Positions 60,844 through 64,000 of a stretch of 64,000 bases of DNA are shown here, one piece after another; within the stretch, counting starts at the first letter, position 1; each line of letters starts with the position of its first letter. The notes beneath the pieces were generated by a model. That model did not search any database. It was not told the origin of the DNA and saw only the letters and a program-made list of their open reading frames with translations. The position numbers and the translations under genes were made by a program. The DNA lies in assembly GCA_963836315.1 (NCBI GenBank), contig CAWIJG010000002.1, positions 1,379,791 through 1,443,790 of the forward strand, given 5' to 3'. The DNA is from an uncultured Verrucomicrobiae bacterium. Lineage in GTDB: Bacteria; Verrucomicrobiota; Verrucomicrobiia; Palsa-1439.

Positions 60844-61203
60844 CGCAGCCGTCGGGCATTGTGAATCAAGCCCGATCATGCCGAAGCCCGGAACCGCCTC
60901 GTGCGATTGCGGGCTGCACATTGAATGGGTGGGGAAATGCACAAACAGCCATTCTTCTACCACTGTTTGTGGTGGTTGGGAGCAGGGCGCCTACCTGTGG
61001 CTTGTGTCCGCCACCCGCATTCTTGGCATCCGTTGGCTCGGTGCCCCCCCTTAAAACATGACTTGTGGCCCTTTTGTAACCGCAGGCACTTTATTCCGTA
61101 ACCGCGTGCGTTTTATCCTTGCATCACAAAGGGGAACTGCTAATAATAGTTGACTGGAGCGAGGCAATTTGTGCTATATGAAATGTTGGAGGGAGAATCC
61201 GAA

Positions 61204-61977
61204 ATGCAGAAGGCAATTGTAACGCGGTTCCAGAAGAAGGCGCGGGCCTTCACACTCATTGAGTTGCTCGTGGTCATCGCCATTATCGGTATTCTGGCGG
61301 GCATGTTGTTACCCGCCCTGAATAACGCCAGGAAGAAAGCCAACGCCGCGTATTGCCTCGGCAACATGCACCAGTGGGGCTTGGCGATCAACATGTACTG
61401 CGACGACTGGAACGATTACTTCCCCTACGAGGGTAATTCCGGCGCGATTGATTCCGGGGCAAACCTGAATGCCTGGTTCAATACAGTGACGCCGTACGTC
61501 ACTCAGCCGACTCTGGCGTCTCTCTATGATTCGACCCCGCCCCATCCGCCAACGCCGACCACGAAGAACATCTGGAGCGATCCGGGCGCGACCAACAGGA
61601 ATATATCGGCAGCGAATTTGACGCCCTCAAACGCGTATTTCATGTATAATTTTAGTTCGCGCATGTGTGCAAATGGAGATAAACCCTTTAAGCGCTCGCA
61701 AATGACGGAGCCCACCACCACCTTTATCATGTGCGACGGCGAGGAAAACAGTTTTCCCTCAACGAACGGAAACTATTGTCCCGCCCGGCACTTTGGTGGC
61801 GGTAACTTTTCCATGGGCGATGGTCATGCCGAATGGGTCAAGTTCGACGACTTCTGCAGGTCGGCCAATCCCGGATGCGGCAACCCGACCACTGAAGGAA
61901 ACTCGTCAAGCATCAACGGCGATTGGAGAACCAGCAACAAATATCACTGGTTTCCGTATGCAGGCGCGCCGACCTGA
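61204..61977 (+). CDS. prepilin-type N-terminal cleavage/methylation domain protein, DUF1559 (H-X9-DG) family
   Basis: SD GGGAGA, then [51 protein letters not shown].. and the C-terminal motif [13 protein letters not shown]. Confidence 0.8.
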   Translation: MQKAIVTRFQKKARAFTLIELLVVIAIIGILAGMLLPALNNARKKANAAYCLGNMHQWGLAINMYCDDWNDYFPYEGNSGAIDSGANLNAWFNTVTPYVTQPTLASLYDSTPPHPPTPTTKNIWSDPGATNRNISAANLTPSNAYFMYNFSSRMCANGDKPFKRSQMTEPTTTFIMCDGEENSFPSTNGNYCPARHFGGGNFSMGDGHAEWVKFDDFCRSANPGCGNPTTEGNSSSINGDWRTSNKYHWFPYAGAPT

Positions 61978-62084
61978 TCGGCATCAAACATGCTCCATCA
62001 TTGCGCTTGGGCTATAGGGAAAGCGTCTTTTGGATAAGTGGACAAGTCTGAAACTTTTGAAATCAACGGACAAAGGGAAAGGGT

Positions 62085-64000
62085 ATGGGTGAGCGAGTGA
62101 AAAAGATTATCAGTCTGGTTACCGCATTTGTAATGGTGGCGCTGGGAACGAGCGCCTTCGCGTCGGCGTTTACGCCGGGCGACGTCGTCATCTACCGCGT
62201 CGGCGGCCTCGCCAACGGGGCTGATGGGGCCGCGTTGACGAACGTCGGTAACATTGTGTATTTGGATGAGTACACGACAAACAGCTCTGGGGCCACGCTC
62301 GTGCAGTCGATCCAGATGCCAACGGCCTATTACGGCGCCAACAGCCCGCTGGTTGCCGATGGGCTGTCCTCTGCGGAAGGCGAGATAACCCGGTCGACGG
62401 ACGGCCGATTCATTGTCTTGACCGGTTACGGCGCCGCCCCCGGGCAGAGCTACCCTTACTCTTTGCCCTCGCAATACGCCACTTTCGCTCCGCGCGTCGT
62501 GGGGTTGGTGGACGGAAGCGGTCGCATCGACACGACCACCGCTCAGACCAATTCCCTCAGTGATGATGAAGGTATTCGTAGCGCCGCGAGCACCGATGGC
62601 ACCAATATTTGGCTCAGCGGCGACACCAGCGGCTTCCGCTACACCACGGTGGGGTCCTCGATGGCGACGCAACTCACCAAGACGATAACCAACATCCGGC
62701 AAATCAACATTTTCAGCAATAATCTCTACTTTACCACCGCCTCCGGGGCCGGCTTCCGCATCGGCACGATCACGAACACCATGCCGGTGACTGTCGGTGG
62801 CGCTTACATGTCAAATGTCATCAGCAGTGTGACAGCGGTTGGCAGCCCGTACGGCCTTTTGCTTCTCAAACTGACCGGGGGAGCAGCCCCGTTCGACACG
62901 CTGTATTACGCCGACGATACCGCCGCGGGCAGCGATGGCACCGGCGTGATCTTCAAGTATTCGCTGGTCAGCGGCAATTGGAACTCCAACGGCTTTGTGA
63001 ACGCCCCCGCAGTGCGCGGGCTGACTGGGTTCGCTGACGGTTCCGGCAATGTCCACCTCTTTGCCACCACCGGCGGCACCGGCAGCTCAGCTGGCAACAC
63101 CGGTGGCGGGAGCTTGTATTCTTTCATCGACACGACCGGTTATAATCAAGACCCCAACGAGGGAGATGTGAACGACATCAAGGATATCTCCTTCGCGGGC
63201 GATGCCCACGGGACGGAATTTCGTGGCATCGCGCTTGTGCCGGTCGGAAGCGGTTCCCTGCCTCCCGACGCGAATCTTTCGGTCGGGCCGGCGCTGGGCT
63301 TCTTCGTCAACGGGTCAACCGGCTGTACGCCCACGAACACTTATACCTACTCGGTCGCCAACCTTACCAACACCGCCGCCAACCCCATGAATTGGTCGGT
63401 GAGCAGTGACTCGCACACCTGGGTTACCCTCTCCACGACCAGTTCGACACTGGGCAACGGCGGCAGCATCTCGGTTACGGTTTCGTTGAACGGCGACGGG
63501 TGTCACCAGCTTGCCCACCGGAACCAACACGGCCACGATTACGTTCACGAACCTGACCAATGGTCAGGGCAACCAGACCCGCCAGGTCCAGTTGGTCATG
63601 TACGATCAGAACGTCACTCCGACATCCGACTTTAATCCCCAGGGACCGATCGGCGGTCCGTTCAGCCCGACGAACAAGGTCTACACCGTGTACAGCGGTA
63701 GCGCGGGCGGAACCTTGACGGTAAGCGACACGGCGTCGGTCACTTGGCTGAATTACAGCGCCACCAGCGTTTCTTTGCCCTCATGCGGGAGTACGGCCAT
63801 CACCGTCTCGTGCAACACAAATGCCGCCAATGCCTTGGCGGCTGGTAATTACCAAACCACCATTGTATTCAGTAACGCCACCACTGCAGCCGTGATCCAG
63901 ACGGTCAATGCTCAGCTCACTGTCGGAGGCGTTTACTTCTGTGATGACTTCAGTACGTTCACGCAGAACAGCCAGCTCGCTGGCCAGAACGGTTGGATAG
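62085..64000 (+). pseudogene. large secreted beta-rich protein, 3' end outside window, interrupted by a frameshift
   Basis: Signal peptide ..VTAFVMVALGTSAFASAF. The reading frame degenerates after ..SISVTVSLNGDG at 63498. The +1 frame continues TSLPTGTNTATITFTNLTNGQGNQTRQVQLVMYD.. with repeat units like those upstream, through the window end. The frames switch at a GGG run at 63498-63500. Confidence 0.55.

Noticed and set aside
60022-60963. 313-aa minus-strand ORF
   Set aside because: Antisense to the GT39-like gene.

Overview
High-GC bacterial chromosome segment. The DUF1559 prepilin-type protein, TMTC/GT39-like membrane proteins with TPR tails, PKD-repeat secreted proteins and Tat/lipoprotein signals suggest a Verrucomicrobia/Planctomycetes-like organism. 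This lineage call is inference from protein-family recognition only. Most of the window is housekeeping and core metabolism: fba, gap, tkt, zwf-opcA, purD, gmhA, pdxJ-acpS, queA, aat, glnD and an LptF/G permease. The more unusual features are: (1) an ECF sigma / zinc-finger anti-sigma / HtrA-like module in which the protease has lost all three catalytic-triad residues; (2) one uninterrupted ORF fusing a low-molecular-weight protein tyrosine phosphatase, RpiB and serine hydroxymethyltransferase; (3) a tightly coupled ALDH, class-III aminotransferase, saccharopine-dehydrogenase-family, ALDH operon; (4) three consecutive GT-C-type membrane proteins, two with near-identical TPR tails, one tail duplication spanning a gene junction; (5) an intact tRNA-Lys(CTT) with a 48-nt copy of its 3' part 2.6 kb away, bracketing a gene for a 4x PKD-domain secreted protein plus a TPR gene remnant; (6) a new paralogous secreted domain present in two genes; (7) at least four genes interrupted by single-base frameshifts, three at C/G homopolymers, which may be assembly error or pseudogenes. 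No CRISPR array, rRNA, transposase or integrase was recognised. Many long ORFs in the supplied track are antisense artefacts of high GC content.
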